A stretch of 41,899 bases of DNA from Octopus bimaculoides (taxonomy: Eukaryota): NCBI RefSeq assembly GCF_001194135.2, contig NC_068981.1, positions 12,179,014 to 12,220,912 of the forward strand, read 5' to 3'. The notes below the pieces were generated by a model. It had not been told where the DNA came from and made no database searches. It worked only from the letters and a program-made list of their open reading frames with translations. Shown one piece after another: positions 26,815-39,341 of this stretch; positions within the stretch are counted from its first letter, which is position 1, and each line of letters starts with the position of its first letter. A program made the translations under genes and the position numbers.

Positions 26815-27110
26815 TGGCTTTTGATGAAGCAGAGAGTTCGACACAGCTGTTTGCTTTTGAGTTTCTTACCTTGATAGGGTCATCTTTGACCTTAGACAGT
26901 AAAAGATCATGTTGTTTCTTGAAAACATCTAAACCTGCTCCAGGAAGAGCCCTCAGATATCTTAGTTGCTGGCCCTAGAATTTCAACGTATTGCTGTACA
27001 TGGTCTTCATTCCAGGCGTGTTAGATGGGAATTTTGAAGCAGTGCAGTGACGTCCAGTTTAGTGCCAACCCCTCCAGAAGTTTCCTCCAAGATCAGTTCA
27101 TAAATGTTTA
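26815..27110 (-). mobile_element. LINE 3' ORF2 remnant (CR1/L2-like)
   Basis: The reverse strand gives a degenerate ..TMYSNTLKF*G.., DVFKKQHDLLLSKVKDDP and SNSLLHQ, similar to CR1-type ORF2 C-termini (VFKxxLDxFLxxVPDEP). Confidence 0.6.
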
Positions 27111-27129
27111 TGATGTTTTCATTCCTTCA

Positions 27130-27330
27130 TGACTTTTGGTATTCAAGCGAAAAATGACCATTCTCAAAGCGCGAAAAGCACACATAAACTTCTGTTCTGA
27201 TCATGGCATCGTCCCTTTAATTTGTGTCAGGCATGAAAACTGTTTCAACCGCCGTTTTTCCCCGGTAGAACACAGAATTTCATGGAAGCACACTGTTCTT
27301 TTGTTTCAGCTATCGCAAAAATCGACGAAC
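27130..27330 (-). mobile_element. Mariner transposase N-terminal fragment
   Basis: EQ/CASMKFCVLPGKTAVETVFM...DDAMIRTEVY...FSRFENGHFSLE resembles the mariner EQRxCIKFCxKLGKTAxET..AMSRTQVFEWFxRFKxG..S.ED segment. Confidence 0.7.
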
Positions 27331-27529
27331 ATGGGAGAAACACCTCAAAATAAAGACGCACCACGAGGTAGTACGATTCGAGCAGATGACGTCGGTCGTC
27401 AGACTAATGACCAAGAGTCGTATCAACTAGCTTCTAACGGCAGATGCCAAAACTATAACAAGCTTGTCCCGCAGAGAACATTTCTGGTTACTGTTGGGTG
27501 ATCCTGAATGTATGTCTCTATATATGTTA

Positions 27530-27574
<45 letters not shown>

Positions 27575-27754
27575 TATATGTATATTAATCAAACAGCATA
27601 TTAAGTATGTCTACCTGCTGAATATAACAGTCCCGATAAAAACCCTGATACTAACTACAGAAATCAACCGCCTGCGAGCAAACGGGCCAAGACAATCTTT
27701 TAACATACATTCAAGTATTCGGACTCATATATGTATATATGTATGTAAATGGTA

Positions 27755-28065
27755 AAGACATCCTTCCGTCACGAATGATTTGGGGACTGCACCTAGAAAC
27801 TTTACTTTCGGGTTAGATTGTTTGTGGAGTCGAAGTAGTCGCCCATGCATACTGGTCTCTTCTCTCCTCTCTATCAATGTTGGTGAAGGGAAGGCCAAAT
27901 TCAATATAGCTTCGCATCAGCGATGTAGCAGCTCATTTCTACAAATAAATGAATTGGAGCAACTTGAAATAAAGTGTATTCCTTCAAAACACAATGAACA
28001 TCCCAGTTCGGGAATCGACAGTAAGCCTGAATCCGTAACTGCTGACTAACGTGCCTTCACACGCA
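27755..28065 (-). mobile_element. tRNA-derived SINE, family 3, diverged
   Basis: The reverse strand reads gtgaaggcacg..tcgattcccg..ttgtgttttgaaggaatacactttatttcaagttgctcca..gtatgcatgggcgact..ttctaggtgcagtccc..tctttacc. The head and central block are shared with the 13237 copy. Confidence 0.65.
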
Positions 28066-29000
28066 CACACAAACTGCACTGTCATATCCTCAATTAGCTT
28101 CGCACCCTATAATAGTCCCAGGAATACGGACTATGATCTTAAGAAAATAAAAACACGAGACGTGGAAATACGCATAGTGAGGCACTAAAATACTTATAAA
28201 TTCCATCTAAGAATTATTACTGTTATTACTATATTTATCCATCATTATATCAGCACAGCTCAGTCCGACCGCTGGTCTGTTGTTGCCAGTTGGCAGCATT
28301 AAACAGTTGCCGGCATAATAGATTGACAGCATATATAAGCATTTTCAAAAGGTTGCCCGTAAACGAACTTAAATGATATGTGTGTGTGTGTATGTGCTTG
28401 TGTGGGTGTGTGCGTGTGTGTGAGTGTGTCTCTGTGTACACGTACCATTTGATATTTGTTTGTTTTCAAGTAGAGTTACTGGTTTCATTTTGAATAGCTT
28501 GTTTTTAAATGTGTTATGATTTTATAGTGCAATACGTCTTGGCTATATACATCTGTTATCCATTTTATTCTACCGAATCTGCCTAAGCTATTCCACAATT
28601 TTGTCTTCGTTCACTTAATGTTTTTAACAGATTTTATCACATCAGAAAGACGGAACACTGTGTCATTAATCTCTTAAGAAGATTTTGTATTGGCTCGTTT
28701 ATTATGTATTGGTTTCACCTTTTGTTGTACATGCTAACATTCTGACATAATGCTGCCTCTCCTCACACATTTCATGAAGTATGGTATGCTTTCATGAGAT
28801 ACTGAAACATAATCATATATGCAGCAATACATTTAAAGAAATAATCAGATATCTTTTTAAATTGTTTTCTTTTGGAGACACTTAAGCTTTGTAATAGCTC
28901 TGGATAATTGGGATTATTCAAATTATCCATTCAGCATTCTGGAGATAGTGGCATTTAATCTTGCGGGCGGTACACTTTGCCACATACTATGTCCATTCCT

Positions 29001-29077
<77 letters not shown>

Positions 29078-29929
29078 NNNNNNNNNNNNNNNNNNNNNNN
29101 NNNNNNNNNNNNNNNNNNNNNNNNNNNNNNNNNNNNNNNNNNNNNNNNNNNNNNNNNNNNNNNNNNNNNNNNNNNNNNNNNNNNNNNNNNNNNNNNNNNN
29201 NNNNNNNNNNNNNNNNNNNNNNNNNNNNNNNNNNNNNNNNNNNNNNNNNNNNNNNNNNNACCTCTTCACAAGAACTTCTCCCAATCCTAGTGAAGGCCTT
29301 CAAAGTTATTTTTCCTATCTCTTGGATAGCCCTCGGCAACTACACATGCTGCAACATGTCCTCCTTAGCGAACATTTGATACTCTTCGAACGCATCGTTC
29401 TCTCCGCTCCGTTCTCGAATTAAGTTGTTTCAAACGTGCTCGCTTAGTGATATTGCTAGCATGGATCTTTTCACGGCCCGTTTCGTCCAGCCAGTTGTTG
29501 CTCTATTTTCTTCATAGTAGCTCACGTTTCACTTACATAATAAGAGTGAATGAGACTTGGAACTAGGTTAGAAACCGGTTCTTTCACTATTGGTAAGAAA
29601 TCTTGAAATAAACTGAATAATGACATACATAAACGCAAACAACATACATACATATATATCTATATATAACTACACGTGGACTATTTTTTTCCTCATTCTA
29701 CCTTTTCTTTTCGACTTTTCTATGCCTCCTGTTTCCGAAGAAGAGCTTTGCTCGAAATGTAAAACAACCTTTAATATTTTGCATGTATCACGTCCTCACG
29801 TCACTGCTTTTCTCTTGTTGCCTCTTTTTCTCTGTTTTCATTAATTATATATGTGCTTGTGAGTGTGTGTATGGGGTGTTGTCGCTAACGTGGCTGTATG
29901 TTAAGACGTTTGCATCCGAACAACATGGT

Positions 29930-30270
29930 TCCTTTTTCAGACCCACTGTGTCACTCATTAGCTGTCTCTAACTATATACAAGCTCGGGCCGACCAAAGCT
30001 TTATGGGTGCATTTGGAAGCTGAAACTGAAAGACGTCTGCTGTATGAACATGTGCGTGTGCGTGTATATTTGTGACTGCGTTTAACTACCAACACTGCTT
30101 AGAAACCGTTGTCGGTGTGTTTATGCTCTCATAACCTAGCAGTTCGGCAACAGAGACCGATGGATAAATTACCAAGTAAACATGCATAAGTACCGGGGTA
30201 GGTCTGAATTCTTCAATGCGGTACCACAGCATGGCCACAGGCTAATGACTGAAATAAATAAACGATAAAA
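29930..30270 (+). mobile_element. SINE family 2, diverged copy
   Basis: ctcgggccgaccaaagc..gaaactgaaag..gttcggcaacagagaccgat..cagcatggccacag..aatgactgaaa. Confidence 0.8.
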
Positions 30271-30277
30271 AATGGTG

Positions 30278-30319
<42 letters not shown>

Positions 30320-31307
30320 AACGAGCACGCGCACACACACGCGCGCGCGCACACGCAAACACACAAATATAAATACGCACACGCGCAGTGGAGCTCCACA
30401 TGGAACCATGTGATTAGGAAGCAAATGTTTAAGCATACAGTCATGGCTGATACCTTTTCTTGGATTAATAACTCCATTAATGGTTTCAGCCGACGGTAGT
30501 TCTACAGTTGTCAAGAGTCCCCCTTCAAACGATTGTCATTATTGTTAATCCCCAAAGAATATTTGTCCACCATATATGGTGTTGCGCACTTATTTGCTCG
30601 AGGCATAGTGGGTTTGTGTGCTTGTGGTGGCCTAGTGTTTATTGAAATTGATTGTCAAGAAAAGAATTTTGTAAGCGTTCATTCTACAGAATATTAATGA
30701 GTATTAACCCAGAAGAGTCATGGAGATGTTTATTGATTCTCATTAGATTTCACACGGCCACTCAGCATTCATGTCACGTGATAAATAAAATAAAAGTCGA
30801 TTTTTTCGCATAAGAGAAACTTTAGCGAATACGTTTATCGACGAAACCAAAATTATTGAGTCACCGATTTCTTTCCTTTGCCTTATTACCGAGTGCCAGA
30901 GAGTGGCAAATGGTATGAATGTACACGATTCTGAAGCCGTAAATCTTTCGAATAAATAAATACACGAGAAATTTCATGCACTACGGTATCTATGCCAAAT
31001 ACGCACATATATTTATACAGTAAAAAACAACCCACACACAGTGGTCGAACTACGAAGACCCACCTAAACATATTCGTACATACTTGCATACATAGATAGA
31101 AACCGGTACATACGTAAGTCTGAGGAATATTATCATATATATATATATATGTATATACATATATATGTATATACATATATGTATTAAGGTAGTTAGGATG
31201 TTGGATGATTATATATTAGGGCTTTCTTCCCTTATCAGACTTATCAAAAAAGTGGTTTATATTAAGTTTGCTTCTCATGTTTATATAAAATTGAAACTGA
31301 TACTGCT

Positions 31308-31344
<37 letters not shown>

Positions 31345-31959
31345 AAGAGAGGAAAAGTTAGAAACGTACATAGATGAGAGAGTAGGAGAGAGTGGGAGAT
31401 ACTGAAGAGTGAGAAAAGAAAATACGAGTGTTTTGGTGGTTTGGAGAGAAATAGAAGAGACAGAAGAAAATCGTGTGAAATGGAGGTGGAGGTAAAGGAG
31501 GCGTGGCTTTTGTATCAGTGTAGTCAAACGTGCTTGACTAGGATTCAATATGGTGGGTTTTTTTTTCCTTTTCAGTAACGTCTTGGGTGGAGCGAAAAGG
31601 AATTATTTCGTATTCAAGTGTTTGAGGTTTTTAATTGGAAGACCAGATGCTGTTTTTGATATTGTCCAGTAAGAATTATTATTACCTTTCAAGGTCTTGT
31701 TTTTCCTAATTCTTTTGTATTCATTAATGTAAGGGGGAGATAGATTGGGTTGTATTGATGTGGTCTTTTTTTTATTGAAATTCCAGATGTTGCTTTTGAT
31801 GTAGCTATGTACGGCTATTTTATTTGAAAGGGTGATTTTGATGAAAGTAGAGCTATGGTTTTAAAAAGTGTGGGCGAATGTTTCGCAATTATAAATATGA
31901 CCTGAATTTCCCTAAAAATAATCATAAATATGATATGCGTACCTTAAATTTTCCATATC

Positions 31960-32490
31960 TACATATTTTTTTTTTTGTGAAATATAGTTCCATTGCCTTT
32001 CGGAAGTTTGGGTCGTACCTTCAGCATTTATAAAAAGGGAAGATCTTTAATTCTCCGTTTCTACATATTTCCAAATGTTTGCTCTGGAATTTTCCGTACT
32101 TCCTCCTCTCGCGTTTGATGTATATGGATTCTTGCGCATTGGGAGAGGGAATGATTGGTTTCAACAACATAATTCACCTTGTATTTAGGGCAAGTAATGC
32201 AGTAGATGAGATTTTGTGTCTTGCAGTTCATATTTACATTTACGTTGAACGAGAGTCCACTCTTAACATTTATGTGGGCTTCTCCATCTATATATTTGAA
32301 GTTATAGTTGTTGTTGCATATTCCACATCTGCTATCTCCGCATTCTCTTCGGAGAATTATGTTGCATTCTCTAATGTTAGCTCTGCCCTTCCGGGTTGTT
32401 TTTTAATCTTTTTTTTCTTGCCGTTTACTATATCAGGTTTCTCATTTTGCCGCACTAAAAGAGTCCCGCATAACGTCATGATGATTTTCA
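31960..32490 (-). mobile_element. Penelope-like element, GIY-YIG endonuclease fragment
   Basis: CGDSRCGIC.. followed by NMNCKTQNLIYCITCPKYKVNYVVETNHSLSQCARIHIHQ (cf. NLIYCITCxxCxxxYVGET), then KIFPFYKM and KAMELYF. Confidence 0.85.
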
Positions 32491-32950
32491 TATATTCTTT
32501 AGTCTTGTAATATATTCTTTAGTCTTTTAATATATTCTTTAGTCTTGTAATATATTCTTTAGTCTTTTAATATATTCTTTAGTCTTGTAATATATTCTTT
32601 AGTATTGTAATATATTCTTTAGTCTTGTAATATATTCTTTAGTCTTGTAATATATTCTTTAGTCTTGTAATATATTCTTTAGCCTTGTAATATATTCTTT
32701 AGTCTTGTAATATATTCTTTAGTCTTGTAATATATTCTTTAGTCTTTTAATATATTCTTTAGTCTTGTAATATATTCTTTAGTCTTGTAATATATTCTTT
32801 AGCCTTGTAATATATTCTTTAGTATTGTAATATATTCTTTAGTCTTGTAACATATTCTTTAGTCTTGTAATATATTCTTTAGTCTTGTAATATATTCTTT
32901 AGTCTTGTAATATATTCTTTAGTCTTGTAATATATTCTTTAGTCTTGTAA
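32491..32950. repeat. Minisatellite, 23 x 20 bp (tatattctttagtcttgtaa)
   Basis: Directly counted: 460 bp with only scattered single substitutions. Confidence 0.97.
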
Positions 32951-34211
32951 AACTAATCTTCTGTGTTTTTCCATCTTATTTCTTTCCATTTATATTCAAC
33001 GACGTGTAATCAACAACCATACTTTCTATCTTATACACACACGCGCACACACACAGATGTATTGAGTTTGTTCCTTCTCAACAGATGATTGTCGTTTTCT
33101 TCAATTCCTTTAAGTCGATGTCATTCCTGACTTTCCGACAATGGTCCCTCAGATAGATATTTAGTCCGCTTGCTGATGTTCATGCTTTGAAACATAGGTG
33201 ATACATAAGACGTGTCACTTATTGTGTACTTCCAACAGCTTAGGATTGCACATATCACAATTCTTCAACCGAGACAGCAGTCTGAATGGATGCAATGTCA
33301 GATGGGATCATCAATAAATACACCTGTACGCCATGAAATGACAATGATAAACGGTTGTTTAACACGAGTACCGTTCTCTGAAGCTTCTTAGTGACAGCCT
33401 GTAATCAAGGGAAACGGCAGGTTTTAACTTTGAATCTACCTCGCCAACAAGTTTGATGAGACAACAGCGAGGGTCCCTTTTTCTCATAGAGTTTTTATTA
33501 CCTGCTCTGAAGCCAACCAATAGCATTTCTGCTTAAACCGTGCGCTGATGGATTGTCATCCCATACACAAGTTAACCCATAGCTGGGACTTAGACAAATG
33601 CTAGTAGACCGGGTTATAGTATACCAGGGGACAATTGCGGTTCCACACTCCTCCAACCCCTGGAACATATGAACTACAGCCCATTAAGGGGGATTTGGCA
33701 ATTGTGAGTCATCCTTAGTGAAGGAGAAAATTTGACATAGCTGTATTTTTCTACCTTCTAAAGATATGTACCAAATGGCAACCCAAAATTTATATTTTTA
33801 ACTCGTTTTTGTTTGTCTTTAAATTACCTGGACCATAGATATGCTATAAAATTTGCTTGCGTCAAGGCTCCCTACTAGCGGAGATAATGTATGGTAACTG
33901 TTCGATTGATACCGTCTATTGAGGCAGAAATACATTTCTATAATTGTCTTTTTATCACCAGTCAATAATCCTGTCCATTTTCCCAATAGTATATCAATTT
34001 TGGAGAACATTTCATCCCTGATATCATCGTTCCTCCTCATATGTAACTTTCTCAATTTCATGTAGGTAATTGTGTAACATCTTGTAGATTTGGACAAACT
34101 TTATAATATATGAAGAAATTTTCTTATATGGTACTTCATATAACTGTTTAGTGTCCATCTAACTCTCTCCCATACACAATATGTCTCTCCCTCTCATTCT
34201 CTTAGTCTTTT

Positions 34212-34255
<44 letters not shown>

Positions 34256-34265
34256 NNNNNNNNNN

Positions 34266-34311
<46 letters not shown>

Positions 34312-34478
34312 AATGTCAAGAGGTCGGTGTATATATTCATTCAATCCATTTCAAATTATCGAAATTCTCCCCAATATACAGTATACAAAGATGCGTTTAC
34401 ACATATGTGACATGATAAAACTTTATAAGAATTTATAAAAATACATTAACACACAAAGATTTATAAATATATAATAAA

Positions 34479-34516
<38 letters not shown>

Positions 34517-34884
34517 TATAAACATATAAAAAATTATAAATATAAAAACACATAAACATATAGATGTACTTGCAAGGCCCGAATGTCCGTATTACAATCA
34601 ATGAGGGGATAGATAAGAAAGTTAGTATAAGATGATTCATATGTGTCTTGTGTGTTTTCTCGTCTCTGTTTTGTTTGAAATGTCCTGTACCCAGATATGC
34701 ACCTATACATACAGGTGGATGTCGGTATGCACATACCTGTACGTATATATGCATATACTCATTTACTATTAGTTTTCACATGATTGAACGCAGCGTCTCC
34801 AATTGTAAGTAGTTTTTCGTAACTTCATATTTTCCGACGCTACTCTATCTTTTTCTCTTTCTCTTCCTCTATCATTCATCCCCC

Positions 34885-35195
34885 GCCTCGTTCTTCCTAT
34901 TTACTACTACGTATCTCTTTTTTCCCCCTCGAACTTCCTCTCTTCTCTTTTCCTTTCGTTGCTCACCTATTCTTCTACTTCCTCCTGTTGTTTCTCCCTC
35001 TACCACTCTCTCTCTTCCCCTCGTTCTTCCTCTTTACTACTACGTATCTCGCTTTACCCCTCTCGTTCTTCCTCTGTTACTACTACGTATATCTTTTTCC
35101 CCCTCGTACTTCCTCTCTTTCTCTTTTCCTCTCGTTGCTCACCTATTCTTCTACTTCCTCCCTTTGTTTCTCCCTCTGCCACTCTCTCTCTTCCC
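34885..35195. repeat. CT-rich tandem duplication with internal subrepeats
   Basis: tcgttgctcacctattcttctacttcctcc...ccactctctctcttcccc occurs twice about 175 bp apart; tcgttcttcct.t.tactactacgtat occurs three times. Confidence 0.85.
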
Positions 35196-37734
35196 CTTAC
35201 ACCGGCATGGTCACATGCTTCCGGTCAATAATCCTTTTCTTCCTTGGCTGTCGCCGAGCAAACACGCTAACCACTTTGTCCCTACNNNNNNNNNNNNNNN
35301 NNNNNNNNNNNNNNNNNNNNNNNNNNNNNNNNNNNNNNNNNNNNNNNNNNNNNNNNNNNNNNNNNNNNNNNNNNNNNNNNNNNNNNNNNNNNNNNNNNNN
35401 NNNNNNNNNNNNNNNNNNNNNNNNNNNNNNNNNNNNNNNNNNNNNNNNNNNNNNNNNNNNNNNNNNNNNNNNNNNNNNNNNNNNNNNNNNNNNNNNNNNN
35501 NNNNNNNNNNNNNNNNNNNNNNNNNNNNNNNNNNNNNNNNNNNNNNNNNNNNNNNNNNNNNNNNNNNNNNNNNNNNNNNNNNNNNNNNNNNNNNNNNNNN
35601 NNNNNNNNNNNNNNNNNNNNNNNNNNNNNNNNNNNNNNNNNNNNNNNNNNNNNNNNNNNNNNNNNNNNNNNNNNNNNNNNNNNNNNNNNNNNNNNNNNNN
35701 NNNNNNNNNNNNNNNNNNNNNNNNNNNNNNNNNNNNNNNNNNNNNNNNNNNNNNNNNNNNNNNNNNNNNNNNNNNNNNNNNNNNNNNNNNNNNNNNNNNN
35801 NNNNNNNNNNNNNNNNNNNNNNNNNNNNNNNNNNNNNNNNNNNNNNNNNNNNNNNNNNNNNNNNNNNNNNNNNNNNNNNNNNNNNNNNNNNNNNNNNNNN
35901 NNNNNNNNNNNNNNNNNNNNNNNNNNNNNNNNNNNNNNNNNNNNNNNNNNNNNNNNNNNNNNNNNNNNNNNNNNNNNNNNNNNNNNNNNNNNNNNNNNNN
36001 NNNNNNNNNNNNNNNNNNNNNNNNNNNNTATATATACATATATATATATAAGGAAAGGTTCACATAAGGAAAGGTTCACATAACAGTGAAGAATTTCACT
36101 GGAAAAAAATATATATAAGGTTGTATATGTATGTACAAACACAGATTTGCGTATGTGTGTGTCTGTGATTATGTATGTAAGTATATATGTATGTGGGTGT
36201 AAATGCATTAAGTAATATTGCTTTCATAATATATTAGAAGTATCGTCTTGAGATTTATAAAGCATAACTTTTTACAAGCCATCACAATGCAGTTTGCAAA
36301 ATACATTTTTAATTTCCGTTATTTCATTTAAACAAAATAGATCTATTCACAAAGCTGTTGTAAAGAAAATAGATTTGTGAAAAGTTTGGAACCTGAAATT
36401 CGGTCACGTGCCATATTATCTGATCAGCGGAGAAAAATACTTTTTCTTTATCCGGATGATCTGTATGAAATTCACGTACCCAGCACGAAATACCGTATTT
36501 TTTTAAACAATAATTGTTGAGTCATGATGCATAATGTATATATCTTTACGTTACTTATAAATAACATTGCAGATCATTCGCTTAGAAACAAATAGCAGAT
36601 TCTCTGATATTTCGTTGCAGACGAACACCTGTAACACGAACACATAATGATGTATTAGCTGGAATTCTGTCCAGGCAATAGATTTCATACATCCAGATGG
36701 ACATATATACCTCACTCTGCTGTTGGTACATCCACATAATGATGCAAAACACTGCAAAATATGTGTGTTAAAACTAACATACTCAAAAAGTACTTTTGCA
36801 CTGGAAGACAATATTTCTCTTTGACATCCATGCACAATATAAAATTTAACGGGCATACTGGTTTAAAAAAACCCTTTCCTACCTGGATATCATACAGCTT
36901 TCGGTACACGCCTATATGAATACCTACAAGTGGGTAAATTATTCTGGTATCCATGATGTAAATGAATAGGGAATTCGAATTTGTATACGTATGGAAGAAA
37001 TATGTCTTAACTGCTAATTTATCTTGCATTTGTTTTATTATGCACTCCAAAATTGTGATTCATAGATTATCAGAAGCAAATGAAGTTACCTTATACCCTA
37101 ATCTTAACTCTTTTGATAACCTAAGACTCAGTGGATTATCTACTCTCAGTAATGTTTGGTACTTTGAGTGTTAATTTGCAGTTGTTTATCAATATACGTT
37201 TTTGTGTGTTGCATGACTTGATTTGATGATCCACCAAGAACACAAATCACACACGTGTTCGTGTTGGATCACCTTATTTATTCGTTTCATTACGGTTGAA
37301 TCATTTTTGAATGTAATGTAAATGTATATATGAATTCGTTCAATAAATACGAAATGTTATTTAAACTATATTCGCTATGTAAAACCAAATTATATTGGTG
37401 TTTGTGTGAGTGTGTCTGCGCGTATGTGCACGAGTATACATTCGTGCGTGTGTTTCTCTATGTGTTATTCTCCCTTACAAGATTCATCTTGACTTCGTTC
37501 CAATGCTCTTGTCTCACAACCTTATTATTCTGTATATAATTATTAATTCTGTATATAATTATTAAGTTTCGTCAGTTTACGTTCATGAATATTTCGATTA
37601 AGTATTCTTTGATATTCAGCTTAGCAAGTAGTGTTATGCATACACGTTGCTGATAAATTATAATAATACTTAAATTCATACAATTGTATCTCCTGTGGTT
37701 GCTGAAGAAGTAACTAAATAATCCCTTCTAATTT

Positions 37735-37900
37735 TTGGCACAGGTTTATCAGTTTTGTGAGGCAGGGGCCGAGTCGGTTACATTGACCCCAACAAAGAAC
37801 TTGTACATTTTTTTAACCACCCCGAACGGATAAATGGTGAAGTCGACCTTAGGAGACCTTCCACCGTCACGCTAACGATTCTGCCAGCCTACCCCCTTAA
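37735..37900 (-). mobile_element. SINE family 1 with internal deletion
   Basis: gaagtcgacctt is joined almost directly to acgctaacgattctgccagcct (head); the ~50-bp middle section is missing. Confidence 0.75.
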
Positions 37901-39009
37901 GAAATAAATGTGTAATATTATTACATCTTTACCTGGAAGAATGATTACACACGGAGCAAAATATTATGTAGCATTTTTTCCAGTTTCACTTTCTAAGTTC
38001 AAATGCCACCTGATTTAACATTGCCTTTTTTTCATTTCAAGATTGATAAAATATGCTCCACTTGCGCATTGAGGTCGATGTAAAAGACTTTTCTCCTTCC
38101 CAGAATATGCTGCTTTTGCCAAAATTTCAAAATAATCTTTCTTTAACATTCTTTATTTATAGCTAAACGTTTCAAAAATTCATACTCTCACAATTATTAC
38201 AAATCAAATGAATTATACAATCTTCAGGAATTTAATTTAAGGAAACTATCAACTTTGACATTATGATAGATAGAAATTATATGATTTAAAAGAATTCTTA
38301 AAAATCAGCAAGTTTTATCATTTACTGAATGGGGAATGTCAAGTCGAAGGCGAGCAAATTGATATTTGTTGCTGAAGTACTTATTGGACGAGTATACTTG
38401 AAATTTTATCCTACAAATCCCAAGTAGATAAAAAAGTGATAGTCATCGCCACACATAATCTGTTGTCCTGAACTATTTTACAGCTCAGGTTTTATGTACA
38501 ATTTATTCATTTCTTTAGCAGAAATAATAAATGTATTTAAATATTTTCTATTATACGCTATTTAATTGCATCCATAAATTTTTATGAAACATTTACTAAT
38601 TAAATGCATGATGTACTTGATATAAACACATTACATTAATATAACTATGACAGGTATTTCATAGCAATATTAGGACGATTTACAATAGCTATCACAATTT
38701 CACAATTGATGTAAACGTAATAGATAATTCAAAATATGTATATGTCGAAAACCTTAAATTAAAATCTAAATAATTTAAGCGTGTAATGAGACAGAAATAA
38801 ACAGTACCACAGTAGATGTCACATAAGCTTACCAGTGTGTCATATTATGATAACACCTATGTATTTATGCACACATACGTGTATACATAAACATACGTTT
38901 ACATCTTTATTTTTTAAATGACAACAACAGTAACAACCACAGTGAAACAACAACAGCAACAGCAACAACGATGAGAATAATAGTCCGGTCTACGAAAGGA
39001 AAAGGACAT

Positions 39010-39190
39010 GAGTTTTGTAGGGAGGGGACTAGTCGATTACATCGACTACCATATATACTTAATTTATCGACCCAGGCCCAGAGAGGACGAAAGGCGAAGT
39101 CAACCTTGGCGGAATTTAAATTCAGAACGTGAAACCGGGCGAAATACCGCTAAGCATTTGACCCAGCGTGCTAAGGATTCTGCCAGCTCA
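39010..39190 (-). mobile_element. SINE family 1
   Basis: acttaatttatcgaccc..gacgaaaggcgaagtcaaccttggcggaattt..gcgtgctaaggattctgccagctcac. Confidence 0.88.
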
Positions 39191-39198
39191 CAACCCTA

Positions 39199-39211
39199 TT
39201 AATAATAATAA

Positions 39212-39265
<54 letters not shown>

Positions 39266-39287
39266 ATAGATGGATAGGTAGACAGAC

Positions 39288-39340
<53 letters not shown>
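39199..39340. repeat. Compound microsatellite (TAA)n-(TAG)n-(GATA)n
   Basis: Directly visible; abuts the 3' end of the Tx1-like LINE. Confidence 0.95.

Positions 39341-39341
<1 letters not shown>

Larger units (their letters stand above)
30486..38700 (-). pseudogene. Second decayed cadherin-repeat gene (gene A): 3' part with TM-like and cytoplasmic-tail-like remnants
   Basis: RPISTSATNINLLAFD (~38350), KVFYIDLN (~38090), FAPCVIILP|GTAAAG donor (37933), GCQREILSSSAKVLFEYVSFN (36791-36820), DNYRNVFLPQ*TVSIE (~33900-33950), donor CCAG|GTAATT (33828). A hydrophobic IASIQTAVSV/RIVICAILSCWKY (33226-33300) follows, then a polar tail and a terminal polar ORF ending TGA at 30486-30488. Confidence 0.6.

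Noticed and set aside
28630-28779. Plus-strand AG...GT segment with hydrophobic, signal-peptide-like translations
   Set aside because: All three frames contain stops and no downstream gene was found.
32491-32950. Possible CRISPR-like array
   Set aside because: The units are contiguous with no unique spacers and the context is eukaryotic; this is a minisatellite.
36050-36085. 17-bp tandem duplication aaggaaaggttcacata
   Set aside because: An ordinary slippage duplication or contig-end artefact next to a gap.
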